Assembly (NCBI GenBank): GCA_017407835.1
Contig: JAFQVV010000004.1
Span: 7,174 to 71,173 of the forward strand
From: Clostridia bacterium
GTDB taxonomy: Bacteria; Bacillota; Clostridia; Oscillospirales; CAG-272
Length of the DNA: 64,000 bases
Direction of reading: 5' to 3'
In this document: piece after piece, positions 10,297 to 19,084 of the stretch
Position numbering within the stretch: position 1 is the stretch's first letter
How the letters are laid out: each line of letters starts with the position of its first letter
Translations under genes and position numbers: made by a program
The notes under the pieces: model-generated
The model's input: only the letters and a program-made list of their open reading frames with translations
What the model was told of the DNA's origin: nothing
The model's database searches: none

Positions 10297-10336
10297 AAAT
10301 ACGGACCGCACCAAAGGTGCGGTCCGTATTTGTTTG
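10297..10336 (+). terminator. rho-independent terminator of the metY-DUF1294 unit
   Basis: AAATACGGACCGCACC-aaa-GGTGCGGTCCGTATTT followed by a T-rich run. Confidence 0.8.
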
Positions 10337-10409
10337 TTAGTCCCCCGCTCCTACCGGGGGACTAACAAGAGAACAGGGGTGTCGTGCGCAGCGCACGACA
10401 CCCCTGTTC
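10337..10409. terminator. two further GC-rich hairpins between convergent genes
   Basis: GTTAGTCCCCCG-ctcctac-CGGGGGACTAAC (10337-10367) and GAACAGGGGTGTCGTGCGC-a-GCGCACGACACCCCTGTTC (10371-10409). Confidence 0.6.
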
Positions 10410-10450
10410 TTCATTTTGTGATTAAGTATATCTTTCTTTTTTCACACAGC

Positions 10451-12217
10451 TTACTGTGCGGGAGCAACATACTCAGTGACTGCTGTGGTGAAGCGGCCAT
10501 ATTCATCCAACTTAAGCATTCTGAAGTCAGGCATTGCACCCCAGAAGGTCTTCAAGCCGCTCAAATCATCGTGAATCAAATATGCGTCCTGATTAAAGAC
10601 AACGGGAATAACAGGCATTTCCTCAAGAAGGAGCTTTTCTGCCTCGTGAAGAAGTGCTGCACGAGCCACGATATCTTTCTCTGCATAAACCTCTTCCATC
10701 TTCGCATTGTAAGCTTCACTGTCAAAGCCTGTGCAGTGCGGAGAGGGGAGATAATCACCGCTGTCCATATCCATACCCTGACCGGAGAAGAGCTTTGCAA
10801 AGGGGGCGAGGACGGCATAAGCAGTGGCATTCAGTGCGTTTGCATCAATTGCGATTACATCGTAATCGCCCGAAGCGAAGACCTTAGAGAGCGAATCATC
10901 CTTAACAGCATCAACGCCGGAAGCAGGAGCCTGAGAGGAAAGTTCGCGGAGCGTAACGGTGAAACCGAGCTGCTCCCAAGCAGCCTTAGCCATTTCAGCG
11001 ATAGCGCGGTCGACATCATCGGCACGATGGGTAAGCGTAAACTCACCACCGGATACGCCAACAGAGGCCAACAGGCTCTTTGCCCCCTCAATATCGGCAC
11101 TCGTTGCGATCAAATCTTCACCCACCTCACGGAAGAGGTCACTGCCCGCGGTGGAATCAAAGACAGCATAAGGAACAATACCGGTTGCAGGGCGTGCAAA
11201 GACAACTTTTTCTGCAATGGCAGCACGGTCAAGGGCCATCGAAAGTGCTTTACGCACCTCTGCTTTCTCAAAGAGAGGATTGCTGGTATTGAAATAATAG
11301 GTATGCGTCGAAGCCATATCGGTCACGGTTGCGGTATCGGCATAGGCGGTACGCTGATCCAACGGAATTTCGTTGATATAGAAGAGCGTATCGTTGTTGA
11401 ACGCTTCCATTTGCTGTTCGGGCGAATCGGTAAAGTTAATCACAATGCGATAGGGATTAACCGACTTGTTGAGCACATCGCCGTCTTCTTTATCGGTGTT
11501 ACGGAAATAGTTGGCATTACGCTCAAGAATCAGCTGTTCACCGTAAACAACACGGCGAATCATATAGGGGCCGCTGGCAACGGTAGTTGCGGGTTTCTTG
11601 GACCAGTCGGTGGAACGGCTGACAATATCCTCACGCAGGGGAACCAGCGCATAGCTGGTCAAATTGAGCATGAACTGATCGTAATCAATCTTGCCTTCAA
11701 AGGTGATTTCAAGAATCAGCTCATCAACAGCTGCAACGCCAAGGTCGTCGATGGAAAGGTCGCCTTCCTTGACACCGCGGGCATTTTTGATATCATAGAG
11801 CAGAGCGCAGGCTTCATTGGAGAAGCCGGGCTTGAGAATACGCTTCCAAGCATAAATAACGTCATTGGCAGAAACATATGTAGCATCACTCCAGCTGGTA
11901 TTAGCCAATGTCAGCAGCATCTTATACTCACTCTTGACATCGTTCTCAAGGATCTCCACCTTCTCAACCAGTGCCTTCTTTACCTTGCCGTTCTCATCCA
12001 AGCGGAACAGGGGCTCATACAGCAGGCTGATTACCTTCAGTGCAGAATCATTGTTGACCGAGTTCTGCGGGTCAAAATCATAAATTTCGGTGCCAAGATA
12101 CATATTGATAAATGCACCTTTATCGTCTTCGCCCTCAAGCTTATCAATGTTGGCGCAGCCGAACATGGTTGCGACGGTAAGCAGGCAGAGCATCAGAGCC
12201 ATCAATCGTTTCATCAT
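10451..12217 (-). CDS. ABC transporter substrate-binding lipoprotein (peptide/nickel family 5, OppA-like)
   Basis: Signal peptide plus lipobox MKRLMALMLCLLTVATMFGC. About 590 aa with family-5 SBP-like sequence. Start reset to the ATG pair after GAGGAGG. Confidence 0.85.
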   Translation of the reverse strand: MMKRLMALMLCLLTVATMFGCANIDKLEGEDDKGAFINMYLGTEIYDFDPQNSVNNDSALKVISLLYEPLFRLDENGKVKKALVEKVEILENDVKSEYKMLLTLANTSWSDATYVSANDVIYAWKRILKPGFSNEACALLYDIKNARGVKEGDLSIDDLGVAAVDELILEITFEGKIDYDQFMLNLTSYALVPLREDIVSRSTDWSKKPATTVASGPYMIRRVVYGEQLILERNANYFRNTDKEDGDVLNKSVNPYRIVINFTDSPEQQMEAFNNDTLFYINEIPLDQRTAYADTATVTDMASTHTYYFNTSNPLFEKAEVRKALSMALDRAAIAEKVVFARPATGIVPYAVFDSTAGSDLFREVGEDLIATSADIEGAKSLLASVGVSGGEFTLTHRADDVDRAIAEMAKAAWEQLGFTVTLRELSSQAPASGVDAVKDDSLSKVFASGDYDVIAIDANALNATAYAVLAPFAKLFSGQGMDMDSGDYLPSPHCTGFDSEAYNAKMEEVYAEKDIVARAALLHEAEKLLLEEMPVIPVVFNQDAYLIHDDLSGLKTFWGAMPDFRMLKLDEYGRFTTAVTEYVAPAQ

Positions 12218-12286
12218 AATTTGGTGTTTCCTCCTCAACGCATAGAAAAAAATCAGCAATAAACGCAGAGCAAATGCTACCCATCT

Positions 12287-12315
12287 ATTATAGCACTAAA
12301 TGGCGCTATAATCAA
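12287..12315 (-). promoter_or_regulatory. sigma-A type promoter for the SBP gene
   Basis: On the minus strand: TTGATT, 17-nt spacer, TGcTATAAT. Confidence 0.55.
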
Positions 12316-12564
12316 TCTTTTTTGTACCCAAGATTAAACATTCGTTCTTCCGCACAAAATATTGGTATCTTTCTTGTGCAAAGTGCCACACAAAAAAAAG
12401 AGGCGCCTGCAATTTATTTCTTATATTATATCGCAATTCACCCAATTTTTCAAGACCTTTTCCAATTTTCATCGAATTTTTTCACTTTTTTCCTCAGTAT
12501 GGGAATAAAAAGAGTCAGCCGAAGCAAGCTAACACAAGCCCAACGTCAAAAAAGGAGAACTGCT

Positions 12565-13461
12565 ATGACAACCCAAAATTACACACGAACAGATCTTGCC
12601 TGTGAGGCTCGCCCCACTGCACTGCCCAAAGAAACAGGCATCCGGGCAAACGAATGGGAAGAAGACGGTATCAACATCTCCGATCTTCACATCCTTGATC
12701 GGAAAGCAGCAGAAGATTGCGGCCTTTCCTGCGGGCGTTATATCACCTTAAGCCGTCCACGTTTATGGTCACTTTCCGAAGATGTATATACATCCTTTCG
12801 GAATCAGCTTGCCGCACAGCTGAAGATGCTTGCCCGGGAAATGACAGGCCGCAGCCCGGATGCACAGTTCGGCGTATTGGTGGCAGGGCTTGGCAATCGA
12901 GACATCACGCCCGATGCCATCGGCCCCCTCACCGTGGACAAGCTGGAAGTCACCCGCCATCTTCAAAGCCATTCTCCGCAGGCATTCCGGGCGATCGGAC
13001 GCTGTATGCTGTCTGCCCTCGCGCCAGGTGTACTCGGCCAAACGGGAATTGAGACGGTTGAGCTGATTCGCGGGGCGGTAGAAAATGCACGACCGGATCT
13101 GGTAATTGCCGTGGACGCATTGGTAGCGCGCTCCTGCGAGAGACTTGCATCGACGGTACAGCTCAGCGACCGCGGAATTGCTCCCGGCTCGGGAATCGGC
13201 AACAATCGAAAGTCGATTTGTGCCGACACCGTGGGGGCTCCCGTACTCGCGCTCGGTGTTCCCACTGTGGTGGATTCATCCACGCTGGTTTACGATGCGC
13301 TTGCACGGGCAGGCATCGGCGAGATCAGTGATGAACTGCGTGAGGTGCTTGAAAACGGAAGGGGATTTTTTGTCTCTCCCAAGGAAAGCGATGTTATCGC
13401 CGCACAAATCTCCTCTCTGCTTGCCGAGGCAATTGAAATCGCCTTCACCATCGCGGCATAA
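12565..13461 (+). CDS. gpr: GPR endopeptidase (spore germination protease)
   Basis: MTTQNYTRTDLACEA N-terminus and GLGNRDITPDAIGP motif. ATG at 12565 follows AAAGGAG. The upstream part of the 395-aa ORF is AT-rich non-coding sequence. Confidence 0.9.
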   Translation: MTTQNYTRTDLACEARPTALPKETGIRANEWEEDGINISDLHILDRKAAEDCGLSCGRYITLSRPRLWSLSEDVYTSFRNQLAAQLKMLAREMTGRSPDAQFGVLVAGLGNRDITPDAIGPLTVDKLEVTRHLQSHSPQAFRAIGRCMLSALAPGVLGQTGIETVELIRGAVENARPDLVIAVDALVARSCERLASTVQLSDRGIAPGSGIGNNRKSICADTVGAPVLALGVPTVVDSSTLVYDALARAGIGEISDELREVLENGRGFFVSPKESDVIAAQISSLLAEAIEIAFTIAA

Positions 13462-13552
13462 GTGCAGCCTTCCCTGCATATATTTGAACACAGATGATCC
13501 GCTCTCACCAATATGCGGACAAGAATTCGCAGGGAAAGGTTGTGTGATCAAA

Positions 13553-14821
13553 ATGGAAGTTGACGAAAAAAAGAAAGAGCCGGATTTTACTGCAATTCCC
13601 TCTCTCCCTCCCCCGCAGAACAACGAACCTGCGCTGCCGCCGCGCAGCGCAGACAGGCTGCGGCGGGCATATGTGCTTTGGTGTGTCGTAACCATATCGG
13701 CAGCACTGGGGGCACTGTTGCTTTTGGGCATCAATACACTGGAGCGAATTCGCAGCGAAGGTGACGGATACTTGCGCACCTTATTTTTCGAGAGAATTCT
13801 CGGCGCGGGGGAGGAGAACGGTCTCATTGAGTTAATCCTCGCACAAACGCTGTACGCACGTGCCGAGCCGACTATCCTGCCCGCCGACACTGCAGCAGAA
13901 GACCTCCCGGTTGTACTGCCCGGCGAGGAAACAAGCCTCTCGCCCGAAACATCCACTCCCGCCGTGCAGGAGCAGATCGACATCTATGCCTTTGACCGAA
14001 GCCAAGTCCCCGATGGGGAGTATCCCATCCTGCCGCTTGATCTGAGTTTGGTCGAGCTGGGTTCGCTCTACATCAGCAACGAAACGACCTACACACCCGA
14101 TATTGCGGCGCTTCTGGAAAAAGAGAATATTCTCCCCGCCTACAAGCATACCAGCGCCATCGTTTACCCGCAGGGAGAGCCACTTGTACTGATTCTGCAC
14201 ACACACGGCACAGAAGCCTACTCCCCCGAGGGGGCAATTTCTTATGCTGATGCAGCCGACTATGCACGCAGTACGAATAGCGAAGAAAATGTCGTTGCAG
14301 TCGGGGAACGAATGGCGGAAGTGCTCAGGGAGCGCGGAATCCCCACCCTGCACTGCACAGTTCTGCATGACAAGGATGCTTACCGCGATGCATATCTCAA
14401 CGCCGCCGAAACCATCCGCACCTATTTGGCTCGCTATCCATCCATTCAGTATATTTTCGATGTGCACCGTGACGGGCTGATTCGCGGCGAGGCAGATTTG
14501 GTACGCCCCGTCACGCTGATCGATGGCGAAGCGGTAGCGCAAGTTATGATTTTGGCAGGCAGTGATTATAAAGGGGCTGTATTTCCCGACTGGGAAACAA
14601 ATCTTGCGTTTGCCCTTCAGCTCCGCGAGGCACTCAATGCCGACTACAATCGCCTGGCACGCCCTGTTTATCTGCGAGGAGCTGCATTCAACGAGCATTA
14701 CGGGCCGCTCTCGCTTCTGCTCGAAATCGGCGCAAGCGGAAACAGCCTTTCCGAGGCAATTCGGGCGGGTGAATTGGTTGCAGAAACACTGGCGCAAATG
14801 ATCCGCGGAGAACGTACATAA
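13553..14821 (+). CDS. spoIIP: stage II sporulation protein P
   Basis: ILHTHGTEAY, LHD..AY and FDVHRD motifs. N-terminal TM segment. Start reset to MEVDEKKK; the longer ORF overlaps gpr. Confidence 0.85.
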   Translation: MEVDEKKKEPDFTAIPSLPPPQNNEPALPPRSADRLRRAYVLWCVVTISAALGALLLLGINTLERIRSEGDGYLRTLFFERILGAGEENGLIELILAQTLYARAEPTILPADTAAEDLPVVLPGEETSLSPETSTPAVQEQIDIYAFDRSQVPDGEYPILPLDLSLVELGSLYISNETTYTPDIAALLEKENILPAYKHTSAIVYPQGEPLVLILHTHGTEAYSPEGAISYADAADYARSTNSEENVVAVGERMAEVLRERGIPTLHCTVLHDKDAYRDAYLNAAETIRTYLARYPSIQYIFDVHRDGLIRGEADLVRPVTLIDGEAVAQVMILAGSDYKGAVFPDWETNLAFALQLREALNADYNRLARPVYLRGAAFNEHYGPLSLLLEIGASGNSLSEAIRAGELVAETLAQMIRGERT

Positions 14822-14839
14822 ACCACAGCGAGGTATACG

Positions 14840-15169
14840 ATGAACGCTCCCCTTCTCTCCCGCGTCCTGTGGGGCGCATGGCGTCTGCTGCGCGCGCTCC
14901 TTGTCTCTGTATTGATTTGCGGCGGAATCACCGCACTGGGCGGCCTGTTTGGCACGATGCAGGAGATAGTCTCGCTCGACGGGGGGGACACTGTGCTGGT
15001 GGTTGGGCAGCTGAAGCTGGTTTTTCGCCAGGAATATTTGGCGGTATGCGGAGAAAAGGGGGAGATGCTGTGCGCGTCGGCAAACACGATACTTCCCCCG
15101 CTTGTCCCGGAGGCGGTCGATGCCCTCTTGGATGTTATTGCAAAAGCATTTTTCTCCGTGGATGGATGA
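14840..15169 (+). CDS. hypothetical small membrane protein downstream of spoIIP
   Basis: GAGG RBS lies 7 nt before the ATG. N-terminal TM segment LLRALLVSVLICGGITALGGLF. Followed by the hairpin at 15198-15231. Confidence 0.5.
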   Translation: MNAPLLSRVLWGAWRLLRALLVSVLICGGITALGGLFGTMQEIVSLDGGDTVLVVGQLKLVFRQEYLAVCGEKGEMLCASANTILPPLVPEAVDALLDVIAKAFFSVDG

Positions 15170-15197
15170 GGGTTGGCCGTCCTCATTTCGACACAGC

Positions 15198-15231
15198 AAA
15201 GGACACCGCAGATTACTCTGCGGTGTCCTTT
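15198..15231. terminator. bidirectional hairpin terminator between convergent genes
   Basis: AAAGGACACCGCAG-attact-CTGCGGTGTCCTTT with T/A-rich flanks. Confidence 0.75.
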
Positions 15232-15263
15232 ATATATGAAGAAATTGAATATTGTGTGAATAT

Positions 15264-15545
15264 TCAAATCAATTCATGCAGGCGTCGAACCAGAAGAAAG
15301 GCGAGTGCGGCAAGCGAAAGGCAAAGGACGGCGCCGGGCAGCAGTGCAATTACGCCGCTTTCAATTCCACAGATTACACCGAGCAAAAGCATAAAAACAG
15401 CAGCCGCACCGGTCAGACGCAGCATCCCTTGGACTTCGCTGCGCGCAAAGAAATCGATGATGCAGGTAAGCAGCAGAAAGAAACGATCGATCGCGGTGGG
15501 GGCAAGTTTGTTTTCTCTTGCGATATATGTCATGGTTCTATTCAT
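15264..15545 (-). CDS. hypothetical 93-aa membrane protein, divergent from the XRE/S24 repressor
   Basis: GGAGGA RBS lies 7 nt before the ATG (MNRTMTYIA). Two to three hydrophobic segments. Own consensus promoter. Confidence 0.6.
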   Translation of the reverse strand: MNRTMTYIARENKLAPTAIDRFFLLLTCIIDFFARSEVQGMLRLTGAAAVFMLLLGVICGIESGVIALLPGAVLCLSLAALAFLLVRRLHELI

Positions 15546-15587
15546 AGTTGATCCTCCGTTTTTCCGTTTTCGGAATTTTGTATTTGC

Positions 15588-15616
15588 ATTATAACACATT
15601 TTTCGACCGTTGTCAA
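15588..15616 (-). promoter_or_regulatory. sigma-A promoter of the 93-aa membrane protein gene
   Basis: On the minus strand: TTGACA, 17-nt spacer, TGtTATAAT (full consensus). Confidence 0.7.
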
Positions 15617-15636
15617 TATGTTTTTTCTGTTTTTAG

Positions 15637-15677
15637 AAATATTTTTTGATATTTTTTCGTTGGAATCAAAAATATTT
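15637..15677. repeat. AT-rich inverted repeat between the divergent promoters (candidate operator)
   Basis: AAATATTTTTTGAT (15637-15650) and ATCAAAAATATTT (15665-15677). The arms differ by one A/T in the homopolymer and are 14 nt apart. Confidence 0.5.
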
Positions 15678-15709
15678 TTCCGTTTCGGGAACTTTTTTGC
15701 AATTTCCTC

Positions 15710-15738
15710 TTTACAAATCGCCTGCGATGTGCTATACT
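15710..15738 (+). promoter_or_regulatory. sigma-A promoter of XRE/S24 repressor gene 1
   Basis: TTTACA, 17-nt spacer, TGcTATACT. Confidence 0.65.
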
Positions 15739-15772
15739 GTTATCAACAACGGAATTGAGGGGGATTTACACC

Positions 15773-16561
15773 ATGGATTACGTTTCTCGGCTGAAAGCCC
15801 GCAAGAGCGAACTGGGCATGACCAATGAACAGCTCTCGGCTGCCAGCGGTGTGCCGATGGGCACGTTGAGCAAATTGCTGGCCGGGATGAATGACTCACC
15901 CAAGCTGGGCAACTTGGCAGCGCTCTGCCGCACACTCGATTTATCGCTCGACTATGTCGTTTGGGGAAAGCCCGAGAACAAAAATAACTATTCCCTCTCT
16001 GGTGAGGAAATCGCATTGATTGAGCGCTATCGCACACTTGATCAGCGCGGACAGGATACCGTGGTTTGGACAGCACAAAAGCAGGCTGAATTTGCCGCAC
16101 TGCAGACCGACACCTCCGCCGCAGCGGACAAGCCCGAGCACCGCGCAGTGCGTCTGCAAACACCGTCTGTCAGCCGCCGCCGAACTGCACCGGCGCGCTT
16201 CCTTCCGCTCTACGATCTGCCGGTTTCAGCAGGTACAGGTGCTTATTTGGATGACACCAATGCGCGGCAAATCAACGTCCCCGCTGCCGCACCCGATGCC
16301 GACTTTCTTCTGCGCATCAGCGGTAATAGTATGGAGCCGAAATATCATGACCGCGATCTGCTCCTGGTGGAACGTACCGAACAGGTGCGTGAAGGGGAGA
16401 TCGGGATTTTCGTTCTGGACGGCGAGGGATATGTCAAGCAGTGGGGCGGCGATGCCCTCATTTCGCTCAACCCTGCGTATGCGCCTATCCCGATTACATC
16501 TGCCAGCAATTTGCAATGCTGCGGTCGTGTTGTCGGCCGCATGAAGGCCAAACGGAACTGA
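15773..16561 (+). CDS. XRE-family HTH + S24 (LexA/CI-like) peptidase-domain repressor
   Basis: N-terminal HTH is MTNEQLSAASGVPMGTLSKLLAG. C-terminal S24 elements are PVSAGTG, GNSMEP (Ser) and GYVKQW (Lys). ATG at 15773 follows GAGGGGGA. Confidence 0.85.
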   Translation: MDYVSRLKARKSELGMTNEQLSAASGVPMGTLSKLLAGMNDSPKLGNLAALCRTLDLSLDYVVWGKPENKNNYSLSGEEIALIERYRTLDQRGQDTVVWTAQKQAEFAALQTDTSAAADKPEHRAVRLQTPSVSRRRTAPARFLPLYDLPVSAGTGAYLDDTNARQINVPAAAPDADFLLRISGNSMEPKYHDRDLLLVERTEQVREGEIGIFVLDGEGYVKQWGGDALISLNPAYAPIPITSASNLQCCGRVVGRMKAKRN

Positions 16562-16567
16562 TCAGCT

Positions 16568-16600
16568 GGGTGAACCGCCATGCGGTTCACCCCTTTTGTT
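16568..16600 (+). terminator. rho-independent terminator
   Basis: GGGTGAACCGC-cat-GCGGTTCACCC followed by TTTTGTTT. Confidence 0.85.
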
Positions 16601-16641
16601 TCGATCTCGCAGATCCGCTTCTCGGAAATATCCGAATAATC

Positions 16642-16670
16642 TTGACAAAATTTCCCGTTCATGATAAAAT
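16642..16670 (+). promoter_or_regulatory. sigma-A promoter of the SIS-domain gene
   Basis: TTGACA, 17-nt spacer, TGaTAAAAT. Confidence 0.65.
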
Positions 16671-16745
16671 AGATGCGTATAAATTTGGGCGCGGGTGTTC
16701 TCGTGTCCGATTACGTTCAAGATTTGAGAATCGAGGTATCAAAAC

Positions 16746-17339
16746 ATGACCAACGAAGCATTAAATGCCGCTCTGCACTCCATCGAGGTGGAGGCTGCCG
16801 AAGCTGCAAATGTCGCAAAATCCATGGATATGGAGGCTTTCGGTCGGGCGGTTGACGCGCTGGCAAAGTGCCCCCGCATCATGACCTGCGCCAGCGGTTC
16901 CTCCGGTATCGCTGCAAAGAAATTCGCCCACACCCTCTGCTGCATTGAGCGCGGCGCTCAGTTCATGCCCCCCTGCGAAGCCGTTCACGGCGGTCTGGGC
17001 GGTCTGAAGAAAGAAGATGTTATGGTGATGGTCTCCCGCGGCGGCAAGACTGCCGAGCTTCTTCCCATCATTGACGTCTGCAACAAGAAGGGTGCTACCC
17101 TCATCGCCATCACCGAGAATATGGATTCTCCTCTTGCCAAGTGCGCGCAGATCATTCTGCCCCTGCAGATCGGTTCCGAGAGCGATCCCACCGGACTGAT
17201 GGCCACCGGCAGCTTTGTGGCTACTCTCGTCATCTTTGACGCACTGATCTCCGCCCTCATCGTGGAGACAGGCTACGTCCGCGAACAGTTCGGTCTCATT
17301 CATCCCGGCGGAGCTGTGGGCAACCTGCTCAACAAATAA
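16746..17339 (+). CDS. SIS-domain sugar-phosphate isomerase/binding protein
   Basis: CASGSSGIAAKKFAHTL and VSRGGKT SIS motifs. 197 aa. Confidence 0.8.
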   Translation: MTNEALNAALHSIEVEAAEAANVAKSMDMEAFGRAVDALAKCPRIMTCASGSSGIAAKKFAHTLCCIERGAQFMPPCEAVHGGLGGLKKEDVMVMVSRGGKTAELLPIIDVCNKKGATLIAITENMDSPLAKCAQIILPLQIGSESDPTGLMATGSFVATLVIFDALISALIVETGYVREQFGLIHPGGAVGNLLNK

Positions 17340-17354
17340 GTTCAGATTAACCGC

Positions 17355-17395
17355 AAATAAGCACGGAAGCCATTTTGGCTTCCGTGCTTATTTGG
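17355..17395 (+). terminator. rho-independent terminator
   Basis: AAATAAGCACGGAAGCC-atttt-GGCTTCCGTGCTTATTT. Confidence 0.85.
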
Positions 17396-17450
17396 GGCAG
17401 GATTCGCCATTTTGTGACAGAAGAATACCGAAAAAAATCGCCAAAAGCTC

Positions 17451-17479
17451 TTTACAAAATTCCAAATTTGTGGTATACT
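17451..17479 (+). promoter_or_regulatory. sigma-A promoter of tRNA-Arg
   Basis: TTTACA, 17-nt spacer, TGgTATACT. It ends 18 nt before the tRNA 5' end. Confidence 0.65.
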
Positions 17480-17496
17480 ACTCAGGTAATCAATTT

Positions 17497-17573
17497 CCGC
17501 CTTTAGCTCAGCTGGATAGAGTACCGGATTCCGATTCCGATGGTCGCAGGTTCGAATCCTGTAGGGCGGGCCA
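17497..17573 (+). tRNA. tRNA-Arg (anticodon CCG)
   Basis: Hand-folded cloverleaf. Acceptor stem is CCGCCTT/AGGGCGG, D arm GCTC..GAGT, anticodon loop TTCCGAT (anticodon CCG), and T arm GCAGG-TTCGAAT-CCTGT. Discriminator is G and CCA is encoded. Confidence 0.9.
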
Positions 17574-17575
17574 AG

Positions 17576-17610
17576 AAAAAGCACATCTGTTTAAGATGTG
17601 CTTTTTCTTT
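17576..17610 (+). terminator. rho-independent terminator after the tRNA
   Basis: AAAAAGCACATCT-gttta-AGATGTGCTTTTT. Confidence 0.85.
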
Positions 17611-17612
17611 AT

Positions 17613-17641
17613 TTGACATTTCGTCTCAACCGTGCTATAAT
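17613..17641 (+). promoter_or_regulatory. sigma-A promoter of the MATE gene
   Basis: TTGACA, 17-nt spacer, TGcTATAAT. Confidence 0.7.
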
Positions 17642-17677
17642 ATGGGATGTTATGTTCCGCGCAAAGGAGAGATCGCA

Positions 17678-19066
17678 TTGACCGAAAATTTCCGTATCAA
17701 AGATTATCTTGGCGACAGAGAGCTCTACCGCCAAATGTTAAAGATCGCCATTCCCATTTCCCTGAAGTCGCTGATCACCGTGGGCATCAACCTCATGGAT
17801 ACCATCATGCTCAGCGAAATGGGGGATGCTCAGCTGTCTGCCTCGTCATTGGCAGGACAGTTCATCACCCTATTCCAGATCTGCTGTATGGGCATCGGCA
17901 TGGGAGCAAATGTCCTCACCTCCCGCTTTTGGGGAATGAAGGAACATACTTCCCTGAAAAAAACAATCACCATCATGCTTCGGTTCCTTTTGGTGTTCGC
18001 TACCGCCTTTACCGTGGTGACGATTGCCGCTCCCGAGTGGATCATGTCCATCTACGCACCGGATGACGCAGAGATCATTGCATACGGCGCTACATACCTG
18101 CGTTGGCTGGTTCCCACTTACTATTGTATGGGACTCTCGCTGACCTGCACCATCGTACTGCGCAGCGTCGGACAGGTGAAGATCCCCTTGGCGTGTTCCA
18201 TCTTCGCCTTCTTTGTCAATGTTTTCTTTAACTGGGTATTCATCTTCGGTAATCTGGGTGCCCCTCGCATGGAAATTGCCGGTGCGGCTCTGGGTACGCT
18301 GATCGCCCGTGTGTTTGAGCTCCTCTTCATCTGCGGTTATTTCTTCTTCATCGACCGTCGCATTACATATCGTCTTCGCGATCTGACCATGCGCTGTCAC
18401 GATTTGACACGGGAATACTTCCGTGTCAGCGTTCCTGTACTGATCTCGGATGCACTGCTTGCCCTCGGAAACAATGCCATCGCCATGGTTATGGGCAGAA
18501 TTGGGCAGGCATTTGTTGCCGCAAATTCTGTGACAACGGTAGTTCAGCAGCTCAGCTCGGTGCTCACACAGGGTATCTCCAACGCCAGCTGTATTATCAC
18601 CGGGCACACCATGGGCGAGGGAGATTACAAAAAAGCACAGCGACAGGGATACACCTTCCTTTTCCTGGGCCTCGTAATCGGTTGTGTGGCTGCGCTGATC
18701 ATTTTGGTTCTGCGAACCCCCATTGTCAATTATTACGAGGTTTCTCCCGAGGCCAAGACCATCGCCTTCGAGCTGATGGATGCCATCACCGTGATTATCA
18801 TTTTCCAAGCCATGAACTCGATTTTGACAAAAGGCGTGCTTCGCGCAGGCGGAGACACCAAATTCCTGATGGTGGGGGATATTCTTTTCCTTTGGGTTGC
18901 CTCCATTCCGCTTGGATATGTGGCAGGGCTTGTCCTTCACTGGCCGCCCTTCTGGATCTACACCATGCTCAAAATTGACCAGATCATCAAGTGCATCTGG
19001 TGCTATTTCCGTCTGCGCAGCGGAAAGTGGCTCAAAAAAATCAAACCTGCCGAACAGTCGGCATAA
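17678..19066 (+). CDS. MATE-family efflux transporter
   Basis: About 460 aa with 12 predicted TM segments and MATE-like sequence. TTG start lies 8 nt after AAGGAG. The longer ORF runs through the tRNA and terminator. Confidence 0.85.
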   Translation: MTENFRIKDYLGDRELYRQMLKIAIPISLKSLITVGINLMDTIMLSEMGDAQLSASSLAGQFITLFQICCMGIGMGANVLTSRFWGMKEHTSLKKTITIMLRFLLVFATAFTVVTIAAPEWIMSIYAPDDAEIIAYGATYLRWLVPTYYCMGLSLTCTIVLRSVGQVKIPLACSIFAFFVNVFFNWVFIFGNLGAPRMEIAGAALGTLIARVFELLFICGYFFFIDRRITYRLRDLTMRCHDLTREYFRVSVPVLISDALLALGNNAIAMVMGRIGQAFVAANSVTTVVQQLSSVLTQGISNASCIITGHTMGEGDYKKAQRQGYTFLFLGLVIGCVAALIILVLRTPIVNYYEVSPEAKTIAFELMDAITVIIIFQAMNSILTKGVLRAGGDTKFLMVGDILFLWVASIPLGYVAGLVLHWPPFWIYTMLKIDQIIKCIWCYFRLRSGKWLKKIKPAEQSA

Positions 19067-19084
19067 TCAACGCAGGAGATAATC

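Noticed and set aside
12274-12564. Several genes have long 5' ORF extensions: gpr (12274), spoIIP (13145), the M23 peptidase (32242), MATE (17540), the PD-(D/E)XK-like gene (59910), and others.
   Set aside because: The extensions run through AT-rich intergenic DNA, terminators, a tRNA or the preceding gene, and they lack RBSs. Internal starts with good Shine-Dalgarno sequences coincide with the beginning of family similarity.
12400-12564. I considered a forespore sigma-F or sigma-G promoter upstream of gpr, based on the GGGAATAAAA element near 12499.
   Set aside because: There is only a partial -10-like match, and no acceptable -35 (GYATA/GHATR) at the required 15-18-nt spacing. This is not supportable by eye.
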